Positions 1-8,141 of a DNA stretch of 32,000 nucleotides are shown here, piece after piece (the stretch's first letter is position 1; every line of letters starts with the position of its first letter). Source of the stretch: Lysobacteraceae bacterium (GTDB taxonomy: Bacteria > Bdellovibrionota > UBA1018 > JAGTJX01). The notes beneath the pieces are model-generated. The model saw nothing but the letters and a program-made list of their open reading frames with translations, had not been told where the DNA came from and did not search any database. A program made the translations under genes and the position numbers. The stretch covers positions 18,053 through 50,052 of the forward strand of contig JAGTJX010000004.1 of NCBI GenBank assembly GCA_023657465.1. Reading direction: 5' to 3'.

Positions 1-1066
1 ACGCCAGGAATATATTAAAAACGGATTCACTGATTCATTCCTCATTCCACTTGACGGTGAGCTTCTTAAGAAAACCATTCATGAATCGCTAGAGCTCGCA
101 TACAAAGCTAAAAAAGCGATGCGCGCAGTGAAGCTCATTGACATCGGGGCGAACTCCAAATTAGAATTTGATCTATCAATCTATCTCCCTGCAAACAAAA
201 AATACATTAAGTACTCAGCTGCAGGTGATGTGCTCGAAGCAGATCGACTTGATAAACTCAAAGAAAAAAAAGTGAGCAATATCTTCGTCCCAGTAGATCA
301 AATGAAACAGTTCTATGAGTATTCGGCTCATCGATTAAAAGAGCTCAATACCCCAGGAAAAATGAGTGAGACAGAACGCAAGGAGAGATTAGAAACAGCT
401 GTTCGCGATCTCATTACTGGAATGTTCGTCACCGATAGCAGTACAGTTACGATTGAAGCTGGGAAAATGATGGTCTCTGATTGTCAGGAGATCGTATCTA
501 CCTTCATCAATGCAAGCGCCCCAGGCGACTGGTACGGAAAAATTACTAAAACTATTGGCTCTACTAGTGATACATATTCGCACTCTTTGTCTGTTTCTAC
601 ATTTGCCTCACTTTTCTCTCTGGGACTTCAAATGGGTAAGCCCGAAGACATCGTAATTGCAGGAATGTTTCACGATCTTGGAATGGCCGATGTGCCAGTA
701 GAGGTTCAAAATAAGTCTGAGAGTGAAAGATCTTCTCAAGAAAAAAAGCTATATGAGATGCATCCCGAAATCTCAGTGAAGATCATGAAGGAGAGGAAGC
801 TCATCGTTCCTCCTACTGTCATGAGTGGAATTCTTCAACATCATGAAAAGTTTGATGGAACAGGTTTCCCCAAACAACTTCCTGGAAACAGGATCACTAT
901 AGAAGCACAGATAGTCGCCCTAGCAGATCGATTTGATTATTTGACTAGAGAAGAGCCAGGCAAGAAAAAAGTATTTCCTCAACAAGCATTAGAACAGATG
1001 CTCACTGATCCAGCGTTCAATCCTGAGCTCGTTAAAAAGCTCATTATCATGATGCCCAAGAGTTAA
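1..1066 (+). CDS. Response regulator with HD-GYP-type output domain (5' end lies outside the window)
   Basis: The frame starting at base 2 is open to the window edge, so ATG 119 is internal. The upstream residues (NGFTDSFLIPLDGELLKKTI) look like the end of a receiver domain. The HD motif FHDLGM and the HHEKFDGTGFP motif match the HD-GYP signature. Confidence 0.8.
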   Translation, partial: RQEYIKNGFTDSFLIPLDGELLKKTIHESLELAYKAKKAMRAVKLIDIGANSKLEFDLSIYLPANKKYIKYSAAGDVLEADRLDKLKEKKVSNIFVPVDQMKQFYEYSAHRLKELNTPGKMSETERKERLETAVRDLITGMFVTDSSTVTIEAGKMMVSDCQEIVSTFINASAPGDWYGKITKTIGSTSDTYSHSLSVSTFASLFSLGLQMGKPEDIVIAGMFHDLGMADVPVEVQNKSESERSSQEKKLYEMHPEISVKIMKERKLIVPPTVMSGILQHHEKFDGTGFPKQLPGNRITIEAQIVALADRFDYLTREEPGKKKVFPQQALEQMLTDPAFNPELVKKLIIMMPKS

Positions 1067-1069
1067 ACA

Positions 1070-1387
1070 TTAAGTTTTAGGTTTGATGGGATTGAATACA
1101 CTGACCATTCCATCAGCTGTCACTTGCTTTAGGATTTTTGGATTCAGCTTTGCGCTAGTCAATTGTTTGCCTGCGTCTTTGAGAGCTTTTTGAAAAAGTG
1201 AAAGCGGTCTGTAAAAGGCAGTGTCAATGTTCTGAACATCGGAGCAATCTAGCAGGTGAATTTGACTGGGGAGATTAGCCCAACCTTGAAATTGGATTTC
1301 TAATTGTTTCGCTGTAACATTGTCTACGGTCTCAGGAAGTTTGATAATATGAATATTGTCTTTTTGTTGGGTTTGAATCGGTGCCAT
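1070..1387 (-). CDS. STAS-domain (anti-sigma-factor-antagonist-like) protein
   Basis: I place the start at the internal Met (MAPIQTQ...). This removes the overlap with the divergent CheY gene. The 105-aa protein shows a SpoIIAA-like pattern (IHLLDCSDVQNIDTAFYRPL, GKQLTSAKLNPKILKQV). Family assignment is by eye. Confidence 0.5.
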   Translation of the reverse strand: MAPIQTQQKDNIHIIKLPETVDNVTAKQLEIQFQGWANLPSQIHLLDCSDVQNIDTAFYRPLSLFQKALKDAGKQLTSAKLNPKILKQVTADGMVSVFNPIKPKT

Positions 1388-1408
1388 AATAGTTGAAAGG
1401 ATAATCAA

Positions 1409-1798
1409 ATGAGCATTAAGGTGCAAGGTGCGATTCTCGTAGTAGACGATATGATGTTGGTTCGTAGAACAATCATCAAACACTTTAAGGAACTAGGCGC
1501 GTCTCAATTCATTGAAGCAAGCAGTGGTCGTGAAGCGTTTGAAAAACTTTCACGGGGCACAGAAGCTGTAGGTCTTGCTCTCATAGACTGGTCGATGCCT
1601 GATGCTCCAGGAATTGATCTACTTACGCGTTTAAAAGGTGAAACGCGCTTCAAAGAACTCCAAGTCATCATGATGTTTCTCGACTCTGAGAGTGAACATA
1701 TCAAGGAAGCCCTTGGAAAAGGTTCGAACCAAACATTGACCAAACCATTCGGTCCTATTCAGATCAATGATGTTTTGAAAAAATTGAATCTAGTTTAA
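1409..1798 (+). CDS. Single-domain CheY-like response regulator receiver
   Basis: ILVVDD acidic pocket, LALIDWSMPD phospho-acceptor region, conserved T and KPF near the C-terminus. Length is 129 aa. Confidence 0.85.
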   Translation: MSIKVQGAILVVDDMMLVRRTIIKHFKELGASQFIEASSGREAFEKLSRGTEAVGLALIDWSMPDAPGIDLLTRLKGETRFKELQVIMMFLDSESEHIKEALGKGSNQTLTKPFGPIQINDVLKKLNLV

Positions 1799-4700
1799 TT
1801 CTACAGAAACTACTTTTGAGACGCCTGGCTCTTCCATGGTCACGCCATAGAGAGTATCGTTCAATTCCATCGTTTTCTTATTGTGTGTGATTACAATGAA
1901 CTGACTCTTTGCAGACATCTCTCTCAGAAGTGCATTGAACTTACCGATGTTTGAATCATCGAGAGGTGCATCGACTTCATCGAGCAAACAGAATGGTGAA
2001 GGTTTAATGAGGAAAATTGAGAAAATAAGTGAGATCGCTGTGAGCGCTTTCTCTCCTCCTGAAAGCAAAGTGATATTGCTGACTTTTTTGCCAGGAGGTT
2101 GAGCCATGATCTCTACACCCGCTTCAAGAATATCAGTAGAACCTTCGGGATATACAAGAGTAAGAGTAGCTGAGCCACCACCGAAGATAATTGGGAAGAG
2201 TTTCTGGAAACGATCCGCAATTGCTTCGAATGCTTTCTGGAAGCGTTCTTCTGAAGTCTTATTGATGTGATCGATGGCTGCGTTTAAGTTCTCGATGGAT
2301 TTCTCAAGGTCGAGTTTCTCTCCATTGAGATATTCGAAGCGTTTTTTCATTTCTTCGAACTCTTCGACTGCCATGACGTTCACTTCGCCTAGCTTTCTAA
2401 TTTTTTCTTTGAGTTGCTCTACAGTTTCGAAAAGTTGCTTCTCATCTTCAGCAGACATCTCGCCTGTGATTACAGGATTGGTCATTTCTTCCTGAATCGG
2501 CGCTTGGTCAATGGGCTCGGTTAAGCAACCGACGCCATACTTTTCTTCAAGATTGAGCGAAAGGTGGGAGATCTCTCCAGACATTCTCTCAATGTCGATT
2601 GCAAGTTGGTTGACCGCTGTTGATTTTTCTTCGGACTTCTTATGAAGATCTTTGATTTGATCGAGGCCTAAGTTTAGCGCGAGAGAAGCTTGATCCAGTT
2701 TGTACTTAACGGCTGCTAATTCTGTTTGTTTCTCCGAGAGTTCACGCTGAAGTCTCTCTATTGTAGACTTCATGGAATCATCAGAATTTACAAACTGTAA
2801 TCGCTCGTCTGTCACGCGCTCAAGGAGTCTTTTGATCTCTTCAAGTCTAAGTTCCTTCTGATTAATGAATTGATTAGCCGACTCTAATTCTCGCTTCAAG
2901 CTCTGTAGGCGCTCCTTCTTGGAGGCTTCATCAATACGCTTGGATTGTAATACGTTGTTGAGGGCTTGAAGCTCTAAAGACTTTTTACCCAAAACAGAGT
3001 CATCATTTAAGAGCTTGGACTCTAGATTTGACTGAGAGGCGTTGATTGATTCTAATTGAGAAACGATTTGGATCTTCTCGTTTGCACTTTCATCAAGAGA
3101 AATTCGAATGCGTTCGCATTCAGAATTCATCTTCAGAGATTGTTTCTCAAGGTCTAGTATTTGAAGTTTAAGGCTAGAGATGTCTTTCTTGCTTGAGAAG
3201 ACATTCATCTCGATAGAGATCATTCGAGACTTGAGTGTCTCGATCGCTTGTTTAGCTGTAACTGTAGCGGTTTCACATTCTGTGACTCTAGCGATTGAAC
3301 TCTGATATTCCTGGGTTTGAGCATCAGTCTGAGTAGCTAATTCTTGAATGAGGCGCTTACGTCCTAAGATACTGACCGTCTGGTCGACTGTGGTGCTACC
3401 ACCACGAAGTGTGCCGTTGGCATCTACAGAATCTCCGTTGAGATCTACAAAAGTGAATCCAGAGAACTGAGCGAGAGTCGCTCCGTTAGAGATGCAGTTT
3501 AACAATAGCGGTGAAATCGATTCAACCACAAATGCCTTAGAGAATAACTGGTGCGTGAATGCATCGATATTCGATGTTGATTTGAAAGTGAGGAAGTCTA
3601 GAAGTGAGCCATGAAGAACTACGCCTAGAGAAGCGAGTTTTTCATAAGGAATGTTTTCAATTGTGGCATTCGGCATGAGCTGAATGCTTTGGAATGCGGC
3701 TCTGCCTTTGATGCGCTCTCTTAAGTATTGGAATGCAGTAATCGCATCTGTTGGGTTGCCAACGAAGATGAGTTCAAGTAGGGATTCTAGGAAACCTTCA
3801 AGCGACTTCTCATAGCCCTGCTTCACTTCGATACTGTCAGCTAAGAGCTGGAAGTTTTCAGACATTCCACTTGCACGAGCCCATTCCATTACAGCCTTAG
3901 GTCCGTCGCCTAAGCCTTCAAATTGGTCGTTGAGTTCTTTTAAACTATTCAGTCTTGATTCAGTTTGAGTGAGCTTCTTATGAAGAGAGTCACGAGCTTG
4001 TATCTCATTATAAGTTTGTTCTTGGAGAGAAGTAAGAGTGCTTGATGCAGCTTGGATTTCTGAAGAAACCGCATTCATGCTGGACTCTTGCTCAGAAAGC
4101 GATGCTATTGCTGTGTCCGACTGCGCATTCAGTGTAGCGACTTGCTCTGCGATTTCTGTGAGAGAGGTTTCAAAAGAGTGTTTCTGGTCAGTGAGTGACT
4201 CAATTTTAGCGCCAGTCGCAGCGAGTTGTGCTGAGAGCTCAGATCTACGATTCACGTTGCTGATGAGCTCTTGTTTGGCTTGATCGAGTACAGCTCTCGT
4301 CTCGTTGACTTCCTTCATGAGGGTGTCAGTTTGGATGGAGAACGAATTGATTTCTGCTTCGTGAGAAGCAAATTGAGATTGAATGTGGGTGAGTTCGTTT
4401 TCTTGAGTGAGTGTTCTCTCTTTGGATTCGAGCAGGTTCTGTGAAAGCTCAGATTGCTCGATAGTGAAGCTTTGGATTTGCTGATCGAGATCGCCTTGTC
4501 TTCTGCGTGAGAGATCAAGTGCGCTTTGTTCATGAGTGAGATCAGTAGAGATTGTTTGAATGAGTACTTGAAGATCATCAGAAAGCTTCTGATCTTGAAC
4601 TTGATTAATACGTTGAATTTCGAGTTCATTCTCAGAAGTAGAGAGTGTGGACTTAAGTCCGATGAGATCTTGTTCGAAAGTTTCGCGCTCAAGCTTAATA

Positions 4701-5473
4701 AATTCAATTTTCTCGCTTAGGATTTTAAATTTTCTGCGACCCCAGCTGATTTCTTTTTCGAAGAGTTCTTTTTTGTATTCTTTGTAGCGATTCGCTTTTT
4801 GGGCTTGGCGCTCAAGAGACGAAAGATTGCGCTCGATTTCCTGAAGGACGTCATTGAGTCTCGAGAGGTTAGCCTTTGCAGATTCAAGTTTGCGGAGAGA
4901 TTCTTTTTTGCGGGACTTGTACTTTGCAATTCCAGCGGCTTCTTCAACCAGGAGCCTTCGGTCTTCTGGTTTAGAGTTAACGATTTTGCCGATTTGGCCT
5001 TGCTCGATGACGGAGTAGCCCTTGGCTCCGATACCGGTATCCATGAAGAGTTCATGAATGTCTTTGAGTCGGGCAGTAATTCCATTGATGAAATATTCGC
5101 CTTCGCCTTGGCGGTTCACTCGGCGGGTGACGGAGACTTCCTTCATTTGTGTTGAAAGTGAGAGTGCAGGATCAAGGCTTGCGCCAGCAGGTGCTGTAGC
5201 AGGGTCTACCTGAGGAACTTCCATAACGAGAGTGGCTTCGGCGTAGGGAAGGGGCTGATATTTTGAGCTACCGTTAAATATCAAATCTTCAGCGTTGCTA
5301 CCGCGGATATGTTTGTAACTTTGCTCGCCCATGACCCAGAAAAACGCATCAACGATATTGGATTTACCGCAGCCGTTAGGGCCTACAATCCCTGTGATTC
5401 CATGGTCAAAATGGATTACTGTCTTGTCTTTAAATGATTTGAATCCTTGAACTTCTAGTCGTTTGACGCGCAT
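1790..5473 (-). CDS. smc: Chromosome segregation ATPase SMC
   Basis: MRVKRLEVQGFKSFKDKT N-terminus, Walker A GPNGCGKSN, long coiled coils, ABC signature LSGGEK, Walker B FCLLDEVDAPLD. I chose the start at Met19 of the track ORF, which is the conserved SMC N-terminus. Confidence 0.95.
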   Translation of the reverse strand: MRVKRLEVQGFKSFKDKTVIHFDHGITGIVGPNGCGKSNIVDAFFWVMGEQSYKHIRGSNAEDLIFNGSSKYQPLPYAEATLVMEVPQVDPATAPAGASLDPALSLSTQMKEVSVTRRVNRQGEGEYFINGITARLKDIHELFMDTGIGAKGYSVIEQGQIGKIVNSKPEDRRLLVEEAAGIAKYKSRKKESLRKLESAKANLSRLNDVLQEIERNLSSLERQAQKANRYKEYKKELFEKEISWGRRKFKILSEKIEFIKLERETFEQDLIGLKSTLSTSENELEIQRINQVQDQKLSDDLQVLIQTISTDLTHEQSALDLSRRRQGDLDQQIQSFTIEQSELSQNLLESKERTLTQENELTHIQSQFASHEAEINSFSIQTDTLMKEVNETRAVLDQAKQELISNVNRRSELSAQLAATGAKIESLTDQKHSFETSLTEIAEQVATLNAQSDTAIASLSEQESSMNAVSSEIQAASSTLTSLQEQTYNEIQARDSLHKKLTQTESRLNSLKELNDQFEGLGDGPKAVMEWARASGMSENFQLLADSIEVKQGYEKSLEGFLESLLELIFVGNPTDAITAFQYLRERIKGRAAFQSIQLMPNATIENIPYEKLASLGVVLHGSLLDFLTFKSTSNIDAFTHQLFSKAFVVESISPLLLNCISNGATLAQFSGFTFVDLNGDSVDANGTLRGGSTTVDQTVSILGRKRLIQELATQTDAQTQEYQSSIARVTECETATVTAKQAIETLKSRMISIEMNVFSSKKDISSLKLQILDLEKQSLKMNSECERIRISLDESANEKIQIVSQLESINASQSNLESKLLNDDSVLGKKSLELQALNNVLQSKRIDEASKKERLQSLKRELESANQFINQKELRLEEIKRLLERVTDERLQFVNSDDSMKSTIERLQRELSEKQTELAAVKYKLDQASLALNLGLDQIKDLHKKSEEKSTAVNQLAIDIERMSGEISHLSLNLEEKYGVGCLTEPIDQAPIQEEMTNPVITGEMSAEDEKQLFETVEQLKEKIRKLGEVNVMAVEEFEEMKKRFEYLNGEKLDLEKSIENLNAAIDHINKTSEERFQKAFEAIADRFQKLFPIIFGGGSATLTLVYPEGSTDILEAGVEIMAQPPGKKVSNITLLSGGEKALTAISLIFSIFLIKPSPFCLLDEVDAPLDDSNIGKFNALLREMSAKSQFIVITHNKKTMELNDTLYGVTMEEPGVSKVVSVELN

Positions 5474-5628
5474 GCCGTAGGAGAGTGTATCCAAAAGGTC
5501 GGAAAATACAAAAAATAAAACCGTCATTGAACAGACGTTTGACAGGGTGATTGAGACACTCTTTTAAAATAGAATAAATAATTGTTTTTATTAAAGTTTT
5601 AATCGGACACATGCCAGCTTTCTGAGTA

Positions 5629-5656
5629 TTGCAAGGCGTCACGATTGCGATATTCT
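5629..5656 (+). promoter_or_regulatory. Candidate sigma70-type promoter TTGCAA-N16-TATTCT
   Basis: The hexamers were read directly. The site lies about 25 nt upstream of a strong Shine-Dalgarno (AGGAG) and a 21-codon ORF. Confidence 0.35.
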
Positions 5657-5681
5657 GAGGGGGATAGTTAGGAGAAACAGT

Positions 5682-5747
5682 ATGATGAAACACCAATTGC
5701 GGTATCTGGCTGAAAAAATCCAGGATACGGGCCCTCCGCGACACTAA
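5682..5747 (+). CDS. 21-codon small ORF (MMKHQLRYLAEKIQDTGPPRH) with a strong SD; leader peptide or micro-protein candidate
   Basis: AGGAG sits 7 nt upstream of the ATG. The ORF is followed by about 200 nt of hairpin-rich sequence and an intrinsic terminator. No homology was recognised. Confidence 0.25.
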   Translation: MMKHQLRYLAEKIQDTGPPRH

Positions 5748-5953
5748 TAGCATGAGCCGATCTGATCGATATCGGCAGAGCTCATGTGACTTTGGATGGG
5801 AATGGCCGTTTCTGTCGCGAAGCCGGTTATAAAAATTGGTAAGTCTGTTAGTTAAATTGGATGAACAGATGGATTACGCGTAATACGGATCCATCCAAGA
5901 CAAAATAAACGACCCTTCTGTGGTTGTTAAAGTCGGAAGCCAAAAATCTTCCT

Positions 5954-5985
5954 AAAAGGCGGGCCTCGAACCCGCCTTTTTTTTT
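5954..5985 (+). terminator. Intrinsic terminator (AAAAGGCGGG-cctcgaa-CCCGCCTTTT followed by a T-run)
   Basis: 10-bp GC-rich stem, 7-nt loop and a run of 9-10 T. The A-run on the 5' side makes it formally bidirectional. Confidence 0.85.
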
Positions 5986-6073
5986 GTCCTCGAATCAACT
6001 CTTTGATTATTCTGCTCTCAATGAGAAGAGTCACCTTGTTGACTTAATGCATTAACTAAATTAAAGGTTAATC

Positions 6074-7129
6074 ATGAAAATAATTTCTCATGTTGTTTTA
6101 ATAGCAATCATACACTCGATATCCGCTACTCACGTTTGGGCCCAAAGCATAGAGCCATACCAATGCAAAACAGATCTTCAACTCAGCTTTGATTTCTTAA
6201 TTAAAAAAGGAATTAAGATTGCGGATATATCTGCTCTCAAGTTAACCACCGCAATTGACTTAGGTGGCCTAGGAATGACCGATCAGGACTTGCATTACTT
6301 GTGCCCTTTGACTGAGCTCACTAGCCTAGCACTCTATAATGATAACTCTGCTAATCCTCTAACTGGAAAGACACTTGAAAACCTTTCCACTCTCAGCAAA
6401 TTAAAAACTCTTGATTTGGATAGTAATCAAATCCGCGCTAACGATCTTTATCGATTAAAAGGAATGCAGAGTTTATCTTTGTTGAAACTATTTAATAATC
6501 CTCTGACTGCTGACGGTGCGGAGGGATTTTCAGCATTATTGGATTTACCCAAACTCGAATCTCTTTATCTGCATAAAACAGGCATCACAGCTAAAGATCT
6601 TGAAGGGTTGTCGGCTCTTAAAGACAGTCAGTCTTTGAGAGAACTCATTCTCATTGGGAACTCTCTGGGAGATGAACTCGCTCCATTAGCACTTATGCAA
6701 AACATTGAGCGACTCGATCTTACAGGAGTTGAAATGAAAACAGGAGCTGGACTGCAAGCTATTGGCTCTTTGTCTCAATTAAGTTCGCTTGTAATCGGAA
6801 ATAATGGATTTTCGACACCTTTAATGAACTCTATCAAATCAGAAAATTTTCTATTTTTAGTGGATGCCAAAAACTTAAAGTCCTTAGACGTCAGAGGACT
6901 CTATGTGAATGATTCAGATATCGCTGCGATCACAAATATTCAATCTCTCGTGCAACTAGAAATCGGTTATTCAATGGATGTTTCTAATGAAGGTTTAATG
7001 AAGCTGAAAAATCTCCCTCATTTAAAATGCGTCGTAATCGAAAGTGAAATCAATTACGATTTGCTCAAATCTCAGCTTCCAGGAGTGAAAATCCTAAAAA
7101 ATTCCATGAGTCGTTGCCGGTTTTTGTGA
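6074..7129 (+). CDS. Secreted leucine-rich-repeat (LRR) protein
   Basis: N-terminal signal peptide (MKIISHVVLIAIIHSISATHVWAQ). About ten LxxLxxLxLxxN-type repeats are visible (LTSLALYNDN, LKTLDLDSNQI, LSLLKLFNNPL and others). Confidence 0.8.
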   Translation: MKIISHVVLIAIIHSISATHVWAQSIEPYQCKTDLQLSFDFLIKKGIKIADISALKLTTAIDLGGLGMTDQDLHYLCPLTELTSLALYNDNSANPLTGKTLENLSTLSKLKTLDLDSNQIRANDLYRLKGMQSLSLLKLFNNPLTADGAEGFSALLDLPKLESLYLHKTGITAKDLEGLSALKDSQSLRELILIGNSLGDELAPLALMQNIERLDLTGVEMKTGAGLQAIGSLSQLSSLVIGNNGFSTPLMNSIKSENFLFLVDAKNLKSLDVRGLYVNDSDIAAITNIQSLVQLEIGYSMDVSNEGLMKLKNLPHLKCVVIESEINYDLLKSQLPGVKILKNSMSRCRFL

Positions 7130-7298
7130 GCATTGGTTTGCTTTATTAACCCAGGCTTTTTTAATCGAGAACATTAAAGGATGTCAGGTTTTTGACTGCC
7201 CCAATCAGTGTTTGAATCTTGTCGGCTTAAGTAACTAAATCTTAAACTCATGAAAGTCGCAAAAAATTGAGAAACTCACTCTAGATGCCGAATAGTAA

Positions 7299-8141
7299 GT
7301 GATGTTGATTGTGTATCCCAAACTACCATTGGAAGTAGCTCCGAGGCTTAAGGAATGTCCTATTTCAACGGTGGCACCTTATGCACTGATGTTGGCGCCG
7401 ATGTACGTCTTCATGCCGAAGAATAAAAGATTCGTTTCAGTCAAATCTCCTATGGATTTTTTTACTCCTGAAGAACTCAAAAAAATTGAAGTCATGACAA
7501 ACTTCTACGTTCCAGATTTTGTCGAGCATGTCGTACCTTATCGTAGTACCGGTAGATCAATCCGCTCCCTACTTACCTATCAAGTCGGTGAGAATGAACT
7601 AGGACCAACTCCGTTTGAACTCAGTGATTCGATTCTACGCCTCGTGGCTCCGCTCTGGAGATCGGGCTGGAAAGTAGATCCATTCTTCGTTTCAGTTCTT
7701 GTGAATGAATTATTCGAACCTCTTCCAGAAGCGGTTCTTAACCAGGCTCGTGATGAAAACGTAGATCAGTTTGAGAGATCACTCTATCAATCCAGCATCA
7801 CTGTGTTTCTTGCACTTCACTTGGGCTACACCGACCTTAAGGAGTTGGGAAAAATAAGAACACGCGTATTTGCGTTATCGAGCGCAAACCGTGCAGTGGG
7901 AGAACTCAAGACTGAGCTTGAAGAGCTCATTGCTTGTGTACAAAGTCTCTGCACTGAGTCCACTCAATGCACACTCGATTTCGATCAATTAGAAAAAGCA
8001 CCTGGAATCACATTTCAAAGACTCAAATTTAGGTTGAAGAGAATTCGTGAAGAGCTGAATAAAGCGCCGCAAGACTTCGTTTCGTTCAAATCATTATTAG
8101 AGGAAGAGATTAAGGTTAATGAGCTCACAGCAACAGCCTAG
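7299..8141 (+). CDS. Hypothetical protein
   Basis: 280-codon ORF with GTG/ATG start options at 7299/7302. It overlaps the next ORF by 23 nt, which suggests co-translation. No motif was recognised. Confidence 0.55.
   Translation: MMLIVYPKLPLEVAPRLKECPISTVAPYALMLAPMYVFMPKNKRFVSVKSPMDFFTPEELKKIEVMTNFYVPDFVEHVVPYRSTGRSIRSLLTYQVGENELGPTPFELSDSILRLVAPLWRSGWKVDPFFVSVLVNELFEPLPEAVLNQARDENVDQFERSLYQSSITVFLALHLGYTDLKELGKIRTRVFALSSANRAVGELKTELEELIACVQSLCTESTQCTLDFDQLEKAPGITFQRLKFRLKRIREELNKAPQDFVSFKSLLEEEIKVNELTATA

Noticed and set aside
2274-5155. Track ORFs antisense to or nested in smc (2274..2495, 4038..4283, 4315..4707, 4526..4720, 4717..5085, 4799..5155)
   Set aside because: They lie entirely within the strongly supported smc frame. 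Their low-complexity S/L/K-rich translations are typical of shadow ORFs of coiled-coil coding sequence.
5430-5753. ORF 5430..5753 (-), and the extension of smc to 5527
   Set aside because: The conserved SMC N-terminus starts at 5473. The 107-aa ORF spans the intergenic promoter region, has no SD and has an implausible composition.
5790-5835. c-di-GMP-I (GEMM-I) riboswitch upstream of the LRR gene
   Set aside because: GTCGCGAAGCCGG resembles the GACGCAAAGCC core. However, the GGCAAACC/GNRA tetraloop half and the expected P1/P2 pairing are not recognisable. The GCTCATG segment pairs with upstream CATGAGC instead.
5958-5976. tRNA T-arm-like sequence GGCGGGCCTCGAACCCGCC
   Set aside because: It is followed by a T-run rather than an acceptor strand and CCA. 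No D or anticodon arms lie upstream. It is an intrinsic terminator.
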